Under the pieces are notes generated by a model. It had not been told where the DNA came from and did not search any database. It saw nothing but the letters and a program-made list of their open reading frames with translations. 64,000 nt of DNA. Origin: Ruminococcus sp. GTDB taxonomy: Bacteria > Bacillota > Clostridia > Oscillospirales > Ruminococcaceae. Both the position numbers and the translations under genes were made by a program. The DNA lies in the NCBI RefSeq assembly GCF_024691275.1, contig NZ_JAILNU010000075.1:36715-100714 (forward strand). The letters run 5' to 3'. This document shows, piece after piece, positions 30,348 to 39,519 of this stretch; the first letter of the stretch is position 1; each line of letters opens with the position of its first letter.

Positions 30348-32759
30348 ATGTTCTTTAAAATGCTGAAAAGTGACCTTAAACGCAAAAAAGGTCTGAATGT
30401 CATACTATTCATATTTATAACAGTTGCATCGGTTATCGTATTTGCAGGAGCTGTGGAGATATTTTCTACTCTGACAGTCAAGAGCAAGACTAAGGAATAC
30501 TGTAAATTGTCTGATGCGTTAGTATTTCTGCTCCAGGGAGAATCACAGAACGAAAAGGTGATAGAGACAGTCGAAAATAAGCTTGATGAAAATGACAACG
30601 TTATTTCGTATGAGAAGCGTGAATGGACCAAGATACCGTCGATCTCCATGGATTATCCGCGCTTTGAGGAGAACGAAAAAAGTCCGTATATCACCTCGCG
30701 CTTGAACTTTTTGTGCAAGCAGCCCCGTAACGGTGATCTGGTCTATGATCTTAACGACCAGCCATTCTTCGTTGAGAGCGGCAAGATAGCGCTTCCGGTT
30801 GATCTCAGCCTGAATATCGGAGTGCAGGTCGGCGATATTGTGAGGTTCACAACTGCCATGGGAGATGTTTATGAGCTTAGAGTAAGCACGCTGTTCAAGG
30901 AAAACAGCTACCCGAACTTTCTGAGGTTCATAGTGTCAGATGCTGATTATGATATACTTACGAAGGACGAGACAGGCAAACACGCAGTGTACTTCCTGAA
31001 GCTGCATGATGATTCCGTGAATAAGCTTGAGGACATCAGGAACCAGATGATCTCTGAGGAGATCAATGCCTTGATCTTCAAGCAGCAAAACGATTATTCC
31101 GAGGACTTTGTTATGCAGTCCATAGTAGCGGTATTTGTTGTGATAATATGTATGTTCCTTATCATAATTATTTTCATGACTATAAGGTTCACTATGGTGG
31201 CGGATCTGAAACGCGAGGAAAAGGAAATAGGCATGATGAAGGCGATAGGAGTAGATTCGCTGAAGTTCAGGTGGCTGTTTGCTGCGAAATATATAGCCTT
31301 TGCCGTAATAGGCGGCATTATAGGCATCGCAGCGGGACTTCCGCTGGCAGAGATGACAGTGAACACCTTTGCTGCGAATGCTATTCTACCTGACAGAATG
31401 ATACTGGTCATCATAGGAGTAGTATCTGTAATGTCGATGATATTCCTTATGATAGCCTTTTCACTTCTGGTAATGCGCAGGATAAACAAGATATCGGTAA
31501 TGGACGCGATACACGGCGAGAACCGCGGCGAGAGGTTCGGCAAGGGCTTCCCCATGTTCCTGCACAGAAGAAAAAAGATGTCCGTGCCCATGTTCCTTGC
31601 GTTCTCTGATATACTGGGACGAGTAAAGCGATACATTTTCCTCGTGATAGCCTATACACTGGGAGCAGCTATAATGCTTCTGGCGTTCAATGTCCGCAAC
31701 AGCATAATTTCCCGTGAATACTGCAAGCTTTTCCTCTATCATACTGTGGATTTCGGAGAAAACCTCTATCAGGATGCCAAGCAGCGCATGGAGGCTGAGG
31801 GCAGGAGCTTCACGGAGATATGCAACGAGATGTTTGAGGAAGCAGGCTTCCCTGCACATATGGACGCTCTGAAGGTTACCGACGGATACTATATCAATAA
31901 AAGCGGCGAAAAGGAAAAGTATTTCTCAGTGCTGTTCGGTGATGCAAAGATCGAGAAACTGAACTATAGAGAAGGAGGAAAATACCCCAAGCTTGAAAAC
32001 GAAGCGGCTATGAGCTATTTTACGGCAAAAAAATACGGCATAGCTGTGGGAGATGTGGTAAAGTTCCTGATATATGAGAAAAACGAGGATAATACAGATG
32101 CCGAAGAACATGAGAGACAGCTTGTAATAACGGCGTTTTTCGATAACTTTGAGGAAGGTACTCCCACGCTCATTATGGGCAAGGCTTATGACAAGGGATA
32201 CTCTTATGGAGAAAACTGCATAGGAATGGAGATAGACGCAAAGGAGAGCAGGAAAGCAGGCATAATAAAGCAGATGAAGGCTTATTTCGGCAATGACAGG
32301 ATACTCGACATTGATGAGCTGCTGCAAGACTGGATGTCGGAATATGACAGGCTTTTCGCTCTGATAGAGTATGTTCTGGGCGGAGCTATAATCGCGGTGC
32401 TGCTGCTCATAACGTACCTGTATACAAGCGTGTTTATCGCTGAGGAAATGCCTGAGATAGCGCTGCTGAAAAGTATGGGCTTCACCGAACGAGCCGTGAA
32501 GAAGTGGTATCTGCTGAGAATAATTATACTGGCGGCTGTTTCTGTCGGAATAGCCGAGATACTGTTCAGGACGCTGGGACAGCTGCTCATGAGCACGTTT
32601 ATGAACAGCTTTGAGGTAACGGGAATAAGCTTCCTGCTTGAGCTGCCTGTAAGCTTTGTTTTGATACCCCTCATAGTCATTGGTTCGGCGCTTGTCACGG
32701 TATGGGTCACACTCAGGAGCGTACACGGCATAGACATATGGAAGATATCAGAGGAATAA
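30348..32759 (+). CDS. FtsX-family ABC transporter permease (two FtsX modules, two large extracytoplasmic loops)
   Basis: 803 aa. TM1, ~210-aa loop, TM cluster, ~230-aa loop, then a C-terminal TM cluster: MacB/FtsX-type topology. Confidence 0.8.
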   Translation: MFFKMLKSDLKRKKGLNVILFIFITVASVIVFAGAVEIFSTLTVKSKTKEYCKLSDALVFLLQGESQNEKVIETVENKLDENDNVISYEKREWTKIPSISMDYPRFEENEKSPYITSRLNFLCKQPRNGDLVYDLNDQPFFVESGKIALPVDLSLNIGVQVGDIVRFTTAMGDVYELRVSTLFKENSYPNFLRFIVSDADYDILTKDETGKHAVYFLKLHDDSVNKLEDIRNQMISEEINALIFKQQNDYSEDFVMQSIVAVFVVIICMFLIIIIFMTIRFTMVADLKREEKEIGMMKAIGVDSLKFRWLFAAKYIAFAVIGGIIGIAAGLPLAEMTVNTFAANAILPDRMILVIIGVVSVMSMIFLMIAFSLLVMRRINKISVMDAIHGENRGERFGKGFPMFLHRRKKMSVPMFLAFSDILGRVKRYIFLVIAYTLGAAIMLLAFNVRNSIISREYCKLFLYHTVDFGENLYQDAKQRMEAEGRSFTEICNEMFEEAGFPAHMDALKVTDGYYINKSGEKEKYFSVLFGDAKIEKLNYREGGKYPKLENEAAMSYFTAKKYGIAVGDVVKFLIYEKNEDNTDAEEHERQLVITAFFDNFEEGTPTLIMGKAYDKGYSYGENCIGMEIDAKESRKAGIIKQMKAYFGNDRILDIDELLQDWMSEYDRLFALIEYVLGGAIIAVLLLITYLYTSVFIAEEMPEIALLKSMGFTERAVKKWYLLRIIILAAVSVGIAEILFRTLGQLLMSTFMNSFEVTGISFLLELPVSFVLIPLIVIGSALVTVWVTLRSVHGIDIWKISEE

Positions 32760-32773
32760 TTGGAGGAGCATAA

Positions 32774-33532
32774 ATGAGTACAGTTTTATCCGTTAAGGAA
32801 CTTTGCAAGACATATATAATCAAGGAATACAGCAACAATGTTCTCAGAAATATCAGCCTGAAGCTGGAGCAGGGCGAGTTCATAACTGTTATGGGCCCCA
32901 GCGGAAGCGGAAAATCCACACTGCTTTATACCATCAGCGGTATGGACAGAATGACTTCGGGAACAGTTGATTTCTGTGGAAAAGACCTGGGCAGCATAAG
33001 CAAAAAGGAACTCACAAATGTGCGGCTCACTGAGATGGGATTTATATTCCAGCAGATGTACATGATGAAAAAACTGTGTGTGTTCGATAATATCGTTCTG
33101 CCTGCATATCAGGCGGGAGCACCGAGGGCAGATGCTAACAAAAGGGCAGAGGAGCTCATGCGCAGACTCGATATCATAGATATCGCAAAGCATGAGGTCA
33201 GCGAGGTCTCGGGCGGACAGCTGCAAAGAGCCTGCCTTTGCAGGGCGCTGATAAATTCGCCGAAGGTGATATTCGCAGATGAACCTACAGGTGCCCTGAA
33301 CTCTAAGGCTGCAATGGACGTTATGCGCGAGATAGTTGCTGCGAACAGAAGGGGTACAAGCGTTATGATGGTTACGCACAGCGTCAAAGTAGCAGCTATG
33401 AGCGATAAGGTGCTGTACCTTATGGACGGCGAGATACAGGGAGAGCTTGAACTCGGCAAGCTCGCAGGCGATGAAACGCTTGCAGAAAGAGAGCGCAGGC
33501 TCAGCAGCTGGCTCATGGAGCGCGGCTGGTAA
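32774..33532 (+). CDS. ABC transporter ATP-binding protein (MacB/LolD-like)
   Basis: Walker A GPSGSGKST, signature SGGQLQR, Walker B VIFADEPT. Confidence 0.92.
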   Translation: MSTVLSVKELCKTYIIKEYSNNVLRNISLKLEQGEFITVMGPSGSGKSTLLYTISGMDRMTSGTVDFCGKDLGSISKKELTNVRLTEMGFIFQQMYMMKKLCVFDNIVLPAYQAGAPRADANKRAEELMRRLDIIDIAKHEVSEVSGGQLQRACLCRALINSPKVIFADEPTGALNSKAAMDVMREIVAANRRGTSVMMVTHSVKVAAMSDKVLYLMDGEIQGELELGKLAGDETLAERERRLSSWLMERGW

Positions 33533-33544
33533 GGGGAGTTTATC

Positions 33545-34945
33545 ATGAGAAGAAAAATATGCGTATTTACAGCCGTTATCGCTGCATCAGCCGTTTTGCT
33601 CTGCGGCTGCGGAAAAAACGGATACGAGGACTTTGTTATACCTGAACAGGGAAACAGTGTGCTCACGGCATTGAAGGAAAACGTTGTGGAGAATCACTAT
33701 GAAGGCGTTGAGCCTACAGTTGAGGAGGCTCAGAGTACAGAGACTTCCGCTGACGGGCTCTGCACTATAAAATGTATGAGCAGCTATTATGATATTACCC
33801 TTGATTACGAAAAAGGGTCGTATTACGATGTGGGAAAAGCCTACGGAGAGATGACACTGAAAGTTCGGGCGGATTACGGCGAGATGATGGAACAGTACCT
33901 TTTCGAGAATATTAGTGCGGTATTTATGAATCTTAACGGCGATTATTCCAGTATCAAGGAGAGAGTGGATTCGTTCTACAACGCGCTGTACAGCGACTAC
34001 AAGCAGGAGCTTGACGGTTTTGCGGACGCAGTTTCGGGAGATTCTCAGGGCATAAAAAAGGACGGTATCCTCAGTGCCGATGAAGTGAGGCTTTGCCAGT
34101 TCGTTCCCGATGCACTCAGGGGAACGGCTTGCAGCGCAATATCCCTTGACGGCACCATGACAGCTTCTGGCAGCAGGATATCCAACCGTATCCTTGAATG
34201 GCAGCTGGGCAGCGAAAACCAGCTTTGCAGAGCACATTCACTGGTGCATTTCATCAACGGCAGCAAGACTTTAACATCTGTTACATATCTTGGCTTCTTC
34301 CCTATACTCACAGCGGTCAGCGACGACGGCGTGATGATAAGCGAGTACGATGTGGGAAGTTATATGGGAGAGCCGTATACATATTTGGAAAAAAGAAGCT
34401 ATACTTACGATATGAGGTATGCTGTCGAGAATTATGCCACAGCAAGAGAATGTGTTGATTTTCTCGTTGACAACGCAGAAAAGTATCCATACTGTGTGAA
34501 TGTTCTTGCAACAGACGAAAATGACGCGCTTGTCGCAGAGCTCGTTGTGGAAAGCAGCGACGGAACACCGACTGTCAGGGACGGTTCATCGAAGCTGGGG
34601 GACAAGATCGAATGGAGCGATCCCCATTGTGTCTGTGTCGTGAATTCCTTTGCAGCAGACGGGAATCCGGGATATATCGCATTTGATGCAAACAATAACG
34701 TAAGGTGGAAAAGATACGAACAGCTTTTCTGCGGTCAGAAGGGATTGACCACAGGACGTTTCAAGGAGCTCATAACAAGTGAGAAGCTAAGTGAAACCCG
34801 CGAGAATATCCGCAGTGACAGTGTAGTCCACATGGTGCTTGCGGACTACGATACGAAAAGACTTCAGGCGGTATTAACAGGGGAGGACGGAGTTGTGCAA
34901 ACCCCTGAATTCATAGATCTTGGCAGTTGGGAGTATGCCCGCTGA
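33545..34945 (+). CDS. lipoprotein, candidate C45/Ntn-hydrolase (acyltransferase/peptidase-like) family
   Basis: Lipobox LLCGCG. The internal GTACSAISLDG resembles the autoprocessing Gly/Ala-Cys nucleophile site of C45 acyl-CoA:6-APA acyltransferase-like proteins. Assignment is tentative. Confidence 0.4.
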   Translation: MRRKICVFTAVIAASAVLLCGCGKNGYEDFVIPEQGNSVLTALKENVVENHYEGVEPTVEEAQSTETSADGLCTIKCMSSYYDITLDYEKGSYYDVGKAYGEMTLKVRADYGEMMEQYLFENISAVFMNLNGDYSSIKERVDSFYNALYSDYKQELDGFADAVSGDSQGIKKDGILSADEVRLCQFVPDALRGTACSAISLDGTMTASGSRISNRILEWQLGSENQLCRAHSLVHFINGSKTLTSVTYLGFFPILTAVSDDGVMISEYDVGSYMGEPYTYLEKRSYTYDMRYAVENYATARECVDFLVDNAEKYPYCVNVLATDENDALVAELVVESSDGTPTVRDGSSKLGDKIEWSDPHCVCVVNSFAADGNPGYIAFDANNNVRWKRYEQLFCGQKGLTTGRFKELITSEKLSETRENIRSDSVVHMVLADYDTKRLQAVLTGEDGVVQTPEFIDLGSWEYAR

Positions 34946-34967
34946 TACTTCATATACGGAGAAAAAC

Positions 34968-35657
34968 ATGACTGATATACTTATAATAGAAGACGACCAT
35001 GAATTAGGAACACTGATAAGGGATTTCATGATAAAGGAGGGCTTCTCGGCACGGCTTTGCGCTGATGCCGGGAAAGCCCTTGAGCTGTTTGATGAGGAGG
35101 ATTTCCGAATAGTGCTTCTTGACGTTATTTTGCCGAAAATGAACGGGTTTGAGTTCTGTACTGTTATACGCAGTAAAAGCTGCGGGATACCGATACTCAT
35201 GATGAGTGCTCAGACGGACGAGGACAGTAAGCTCCTCGGTTACGATACAGGTGCCGATGACTACATAGACAAGCCTTTTTCGGTTAAAGTCCTGACTGCA
35301 AAGATACGGGCACTTATAAAGCGCAGCGGTTCGGAGACTTCACAGAGTGCTGTTCTCGAAAGCTGCGGGATAGTTCTCGATACCGCTTCAAGGCGCGTCA
35401 CCAAGGACGGCAGAGAGCTAAGGCTCAACACAAAGGAGTTTGAACTTTTACAGTACCTCATGCAGCACGAAGGTGAAGCCGTCAGCAAGGAGGAGCTGTT
35501 CAATGCGGTGTGGGGAACTGACTGCTTTACAGAACCAAGCACAGTCAGCGTACATATACGCTGGTTAAGGGAGAAACTTGAAAGTGCGCCGAATTCTCCT
35601 GAGATCATAAAGACTGTATGGAAGTACGGCTACCGATTTGGTGAATGCAATGAGTAG
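34968..35657 (+). CDS. OmpR-family response regulator
   Basis: ILIIEDD, LLDVILPKMNG and KPF receiver motifs. Winged-helix VSVHIRWLREKL, WKYGYRF. Confidence 0.9.
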   Translation: MTDILIIEDDHELGTLIRDFMIKEGFSARLCADAGKALELFDEEDFRIVLLDVILPKMNGFEFCTVIRSKSCGIPILMMSAQTDEDSKLLGYDTGADDYIDKPFSVKVLTAKIRALIKRSGSETSQSAVLESCGIVLDTASRRVTKDGRELRLNTKEFELLQYLMQHEGEAVSKEELFNAVWGTDCFTEPSTVSVHIRWLREKLESAPNSPEIIKTVWKYGYRFGECNE

Positions 35658-36960
35658 ATTTGTTAAAACAGTACTGTCTATAGCAGCAGTGTTCGCTGTC
35701 CTGATAACAGGGCTGAATTACTGGTGCAGAGAGCTGTCGGAAAGACGCATCGGCGAGCGTAATGTAACGACAAACAGGATAAATGATGAGCTCGTGCGCG
35801 AGCATAACACTACAGCTGATGATATAGATGTTATCATTGCGCGGAATATCAGCAGCTGGCGCAGTGAGTACGGGAGCAATGCTCCCGAAAGGATAGAATA
35901 TATCCCTCTGAAAATGAAGAGTGAAGATGCTTTTTATGTCTCGACGGATAAGCTCAGCGCAGTTTGCAGTATATATGACAATAACGGCGAATTGGAAGGC
36001 TTTGTGGAATATACCTATAAAGTGGATATTGATATGGGATTTGTCACGGCAGCAAATACTGTTATCATAGTATGCTTTATTATTATCCTTGCAGCAGTGA
36101 TGTATATTTATTTCGCAGTGCTTGCTCCGTTTCGGAAGCTGTCGGAATATCCCGAGCGCCTTGCGCGTCTTCGTGACATTCAGAAGCTGCCTGAGAGCAG
36201 GAACCGATATTTCGGCAAGTACATCTGGGGAATGAATATGCTGACGGACGTTCTGAAGGCGAGCAGCAGACGCATACATGACCTTGAAGGTCAGCGGCAG
36301 AAGTTCGTTTCTGCAATAGCTCACGGAGTAAAGACACCTGTTGCGAATATCCGCCTTTACACAGATGCCGTGCGCACGGGACTTTACTCGGACAAGGGCA
36401 TGACTGCTGATATTACCGACAAGATAGACCACAACGCAGAGAAGATAGAAGCTCTTGCAGCTGATCTTATCGCGTCCTCAAACGCCTCGGCAGACGGCTG
36501 CGACATTGAGGTGAGCCGCTTCCCTATAAGTGAGCTTGCCGAACTTATAAGGCGTGAGTACAAGGACAGAATGAAGTTGAAAATGATAGGATTCAGCGTT
36601 GAATGCAGCGGCGAAGCAGTTGTTGAGAGCGATAAATATGCACTTTACCGCGCAGTGAGCCAGCTTCTGGAGAATGCTGTGAAATACGGTGACGGCAGCA
36701 GCATAGCAGTCAGGATAATGCGCGACGATGAGGGCTTCTGTATAACTGTCAGGAACAGCGGAAAGCTTCTTCCCGAGAATGAACTGCCATACGTGTTCAG
36801 GAGCTACTGGAGAGGCTCGAATGCGTCAGACAAGAACGGCAGCGGTATCGGACTATATGTAGTTCATGAGACCGCAAAGGCGCTCGGCGGAAGCGCATAT
36901 GTAAGAAGACTTGAAGAAACATCGGAAATGGAATTCACTATATATATCGAAAACGCATAA
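35650..36960 (+). CDS. sensor histidine kinase (~115-aa ectodomain)
   Basis: Two TM segments. H-box SAIAHGVKTPVANI. N/G boxes LLENAVKYG and GSGIGLYVV. 8-nt overlap with the response-regulator gene. Confidence 0.85.
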   Translation: MSRFVKTVLSIAAVFAVLITGLNYWCRELSERRIGERNVTTNRINDELVREHNTTADDIDVIIARNISSWRSEYGSNAPERIEYIPLKMKSEDAFYVSTDKLSAVCSIYDNNGELEGFVEYTYKVDIDMGFVTAANTVIIVCFIIILAAVMYIYFAVLAPFRKLSEYPERLARLRDIQKLPESRNRYFGKYIWGMNMLTDVLKASSRRIHDLEGQRQKFVSAIAHGVKTPVANIRLYTDAVRTGLYSDKGMTADITDKIDHNAEKIEALAADLIASSNASADGCDIEVSRFPISELAELIRREYKDRMKLKMIGFSVECSGEAVVESDKYALYRAVSQLLENAVKYGDGSSIAVRIMRDDEGFCITVRNSGKLLPENELPYVFRSYWRGSNASDKNGSGIGLYVVHETAKALGGSAYVRRLEETSEMEFTIYIENA

Positions 36961-36993
36961 AAGCTCCGCGGAGATCATTCCGCGGAGCTTTTA
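36961..36993. terminator. bidirectional terminator between the kinase gene and the 72-aa ORF
   Basis: AAGCTCCGCGG / CCGCGGAGCTT stem followed by TTTT. The stop codon of the minus-strand 72-aa ORF lies in the loop. Confidence 0.75.
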
Positions 36994-37193
36994 TTATTGG
37001 CTGATCGTAAAAAAGAAGGGTCTGCATTTTCAAGAGCAGATATTACTGCGCAGAGCTTTTTGGTAGCACCGTTGTCGAATTTGATCGTAACGATCGTATC
37101 ATCACCGATAGGGAGCGTATCGGTAACAGTACCTTCACCGAAAAGTCTGTGGCGTACTCTGTCGCCTTTTTTTATTTTTGTGTGGTCGAGCAT
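36975..37193 (-). CDS. stand-alone small protein resembling the C-terminal Tudor-like domain of UvrD/PcrA helicases
   Basis: KKGDRVRHRLFGEGTVTD...IVTIKFDNGATKKL matches the K.GD.V.H..FG.G.V...V.F...G.K.L signature of the PcrA/UvrD C-terminus. Confidence 0.55.
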   Translation of the reverse strand: MLDHTKIKKGDRVRHRLFGEGTVTDTLPIGDDTIVTIKFDNGATKKLCAVISALENADPSFLRSANNKSSAE

Positions 37194-37200
37194 GGCAGGA

Positions 37201-38085
37201 TCACTGGTCGTAGTTGACCGATGATGAACCTACTCCCGTATCTATATCAATGCTGTATTTGCCGTTTGAGCCGAAGTCGCTTGACGGATTGGTGAGGTTG
37301 AACTCCATGGAGCCTATGCCGCCGTCAGCGTCGATATTTCCGTTGATAGCGCCTGTGAATGTGAATTCGCCGACGCCCTGATCCAGGTCTATGCCGCCGA
37401 GGAAGCCGCTGATATTTATTTCGCCTGCGCCGCCGTCGATAATAAGCTTGTGTTCGCAGTCAATATTGCTTAAAGTCAACTCACCTGCACCGCAGTCGAT
37501 ATCTGCGCCTGAGCACTTGAGCTTGTTTATATTGACTTCTCCTGCGCCGCACTCCATTTTGAACTGGTCACAGCTGAGACCTGAGATATATGTTTTGCCT
37601 GCACCCATATTGAGTAAGAACGAATCGTATACCTTTTCAGGGAGAGATATCTCTACAGTCGAATCCTTGTATGAGTCGTCGAGCAAGAACGGGATATGTA
37701 TATTTGAGATAAAGCCTCCCTTTTTTTTGTAGTTTATCATGAAGACATTGTTCCTGACCTCTGCTTTGAAGTTTGAGGGAACATTTTTAGCATCGACGTA
37801 TATCTTATCATCATTGCTAATATTTATAGTGAAGTCTGACCATGCGATATCGAGGTCAAGTTTATTTATATCATCAGCATCAAAGCTGTTGTTGTAGTTG
37901 ATAACGTTGTATTTTTCACCGCTGCCCACTGTCTTGTATAAAATGAGACCTGTGAAGAAAAGAAGTGCGCCGAGGATAAGAAGTATTATCCAGACAGAGC
38001 TGCTGCCTGAACGCTTTTTATCGGGTTGAGGTGTCTGCTGTGGTGCCTGCTGAGGTGCAGTCTGTACATAATTATACTCATTCAT
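37201..38085 (-). CDS. DUF4097-type beta-strand-repeat membrane protein (N-terminal TM, Gly-rich repeats)
   Basis: Gln/Pro-rich N-terminus and one TM segment. Repeats CGAGEVNI / CGAGELTL / GGAGEINI / QGVGEFTF. ATG 38085 has RBS AAGGAGAG and an 8-nt overlap with the upstream gene. Confidence 0.65.
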   Translation of the reverse strand: MNEYNYVQTAPQQAPQQTPQPDKKRSGSSSVWIILLILGALLFFTGLILYKTVGSGEKYNVINYNNSFDADDINKLDLDIAWSDFTINISNDDKIYVDAKNVPSNFKAEVRNNVFMINYKKKGGFISNIHIPFLLDDSYKDSTVEISLPEKVYDSFLLNMGAGKTYISGLSCDQFKMECGAGEVNINKLKCSGADIDCGAGELTLSNIDCEHKLIIDGGAGEINISGFLGGIDLDQGVGEFTFTGAINGNIDADGGIGSMEFNLTNPSSDFGSNGKYSIDIDTGVGSSSVNYDQ

Positions 38086-38746
38086 TTGTTTTCTCTCCTT
38101 TTTTGAACAGGCCCATGAGCCAGTTGAAGAATTTTTTGATAGCATTGCCGAAAGCGGGGATAACCGAGTTGAAAACAGGTTTTGTTATCAGTATTATCAA
38201 GCCGCCTAAGAAAAGGGATATGCCAAGGAACATCAGTCCGATCGCAGGAGCTTCAAACAGACAGAAGAAGCCTGCGAACAGCATACCGACCGCGCTTGCG
38301 AAGAGAGCAAATACTATTGATAATGCAGCGACTATAAGCGCGAAGAGTACTGCGGCTACTGCTATTAAAAGAGGTATCCATATTGGTGATGATAATATTG
38401 CAAAAAATATCATTACTGCTGTTAAGCCGGCACTTTTCTGCTTTACAGGCTGAGCAGCTGCTGCATATGCGCCCTGGTATGCGAACTGTCCGAAATTTGG
38501 CTGCGGATTGTTCATCTGAGGCGGCATACTCGGAGCAGGATCAACATTGAGACCGCTCTCACGCAGGAGGTCAACGGCGATATTCTCGGGAGAACCCAGA
38601 GAAGCGGCAGTTTCTTCTTCCTTGCCAAAACCTGCATCGAGAAATACTTCTTCGTAATATGTTAAAGCGTCATTTATATCATCGGCTGGCATACCGCCGT
38701 TTTCAAGACGGTTCCTAAGCCTTGTAAGAAATTCAAGTTTGTTCAT
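38078..38746 (-). CDS. DUF1700-type membrane protein (PadR-associated sensor-like)
   Basis: N-terminal FLTRLRNRLENGGMPADDINDALTYYEE block typical of DUF1700, plus C-terminal TM segments. Start at ATG 38746 (RBS GAGGGAG). Confidence 0.65.
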   Translation of the reverse strand: MNKLEFLTRLRNRLENGGMPADDINDALTYYEEVFLDAGFGKEEETAASLGSPENIAVDLLRESGLNVDPAPSMPPQMNNPQPNFGQFAYQGAYAAAAQPVKQKSAGLTAVMIFFAILSSPIWIPLLIAVAAVLFALIVAALSIVFALFASAVGMLFAGFFCLFEAPAIGLMFLGISLFLGGLIILITKPVFNSVIPAFGNAIKKFFNWLMGLFKKGEKTNE

Positions 38747-39065
38747 GATTTTCAGCTCCCTCATTCATTAAAATATTGTCGATCTTCTTTTTATGGTTTC
38801 GCCATTCTTCTCTGTACTCGTCCAGAGAAGTTACCCCATGAGGCGTTATCCGATAATATCTTCGATTACGTCCCATAAATTCCTTGTCGTAAGTTTCGAG
38901 CATCTCGCCCTTCTGCAATCGCCGAAGCACGGGGTACAGTGTCGATTCCGAGATGTCCACGGCTTTTTGCAGGTATTGGGTGATCTCGTAGCCGTAGGTG
39001 TCATTCTTCTGAACTATGGAAAGCACCATCGCGTCGAGAAGGCTCGCATTGATTGAAAAACCCAT
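38733..39065 (-). CDS. PadR-family transcriptional regulator
   Basis: DTYGYEITQYL...SESTLYPVLRRLQKGEMLETY and GRNRRYYRITPHG are PadR hallmarks. Confidence 0.9.
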   Translation of the reverse strand: MGFSINASLLDAMVLSIVQKNDTYGYEITQYLQKAVDISESTLYPVLRRLQKGEMLETYDKEFMGRNRRYYRITPHGVTSLDEYREEWRNHKKKIDNILMNEGAENHEQT

Positions 39066-39352
39066 ATTCTGACTCCTTTCCGTTTGATTTAAAAGAGATA
39101 TAGTATTTTATAAGCTGTAATATCTAAGCTCTGATAATATTATATCTCGTATAATATAGTTTGTCAATATAATATTGCAAGTTTTATACAATATTGTGCG
39201 TTTGGACAATACAGACGTGACAAATCAACTTTAAATTAGTAAAATTTAACAAAAGCGCTGAAAAACGACTTTTTTTGTTCTATTAATAATAAGAAGAATA
39301 TTGTTAAAACAGGCTCAGTATCAAGTAAAATGACTATTTTAAGCTGTTTCTC

Positions 39353-39381
39353 TTGACACGGTAAACTTTGGGTGATATAAT
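39353..39381 (+). promoter_or_regulatory. sigma-A promoter (extended -10) of the queuosine operon
   Basis: TTGACA (39353-39358), 17-nt spacer, TGaTATAAT (39373-39381). Confidence 0.7.
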
Positions 39382-39399
39382 GATTAGCGGAACTATTCC

Positions 39400-39442
39400 C
39401 GACAGTTCGTTTGCGCCATCCTGTCGTAAAACAAAACCAGGG
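39400..39442 (+). promoter_or_regulatory. candidate preQ1-I riboswitch aptamer
   Basis: P1 is CGACAG (39400-39405) paired with CUGUCG (39421-39426). UUC follows immediately 3' of the first P1 strand. A-rich tail UAAAACAAAAC follows. It sits in the leader of a que operon, upstream of a terminator. Confidence 0.5.
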
Positions 39443-39487
39443 CATCTGTGTATTTGCAGGAATGAACTGCAATGTAATGAAGGACAG

Positions 39488-39519
39488 GTGCGTCTGCTGA
39501 TGGCAGGCGCACATTTTTT
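39488..39519 (+). terminator. leader attenuator (expression platform) upstream of queD
   Basis: GUGCGUCUGC / GCAGGCGCAC stem (one G-U pair) followed by AUUUUUU, ending 22 nt before the queD ATG. Competing pairings: CCUGUC (39420-39425) with GACAGG (39483-39488), and UGCGCC (39412-39417) with GGCGCA (39506-39511). Confidence 0.65.

Noticed and set aside
31926-36432. Minus-strand ORFs of 180-275 aa inside the ABC/C45/TCS module (31926-32726, 32786-33379, 33109-33666, 33587-34237, 35605-36432)
   Set aside because: Antisense shadows of well-supported plus-strand genes.
30348-36960. Calling the ABC/TCS module a canonical BceAB-BceRS bacitracin-type system
   Set aside because: The gene order is permease before ATPase. 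The permease is longer, with two large loops. The kinase has a sizeable ectodomain rather than the intramembrane-sensing BceS layout. An extra lipoprotein gene is inserted. I therefore describe it only as Bce-like.
39389-39412. Alternative preQ1 aptamer placement using CGGAAC / GUUCG as P1
   Set aside because: The pairing needs a bulge, and the 3' flank (UUUGCGCC) is not the A-rich tail required for the preQ1-I pseudoknot. The 39400-39442 placement fits better.
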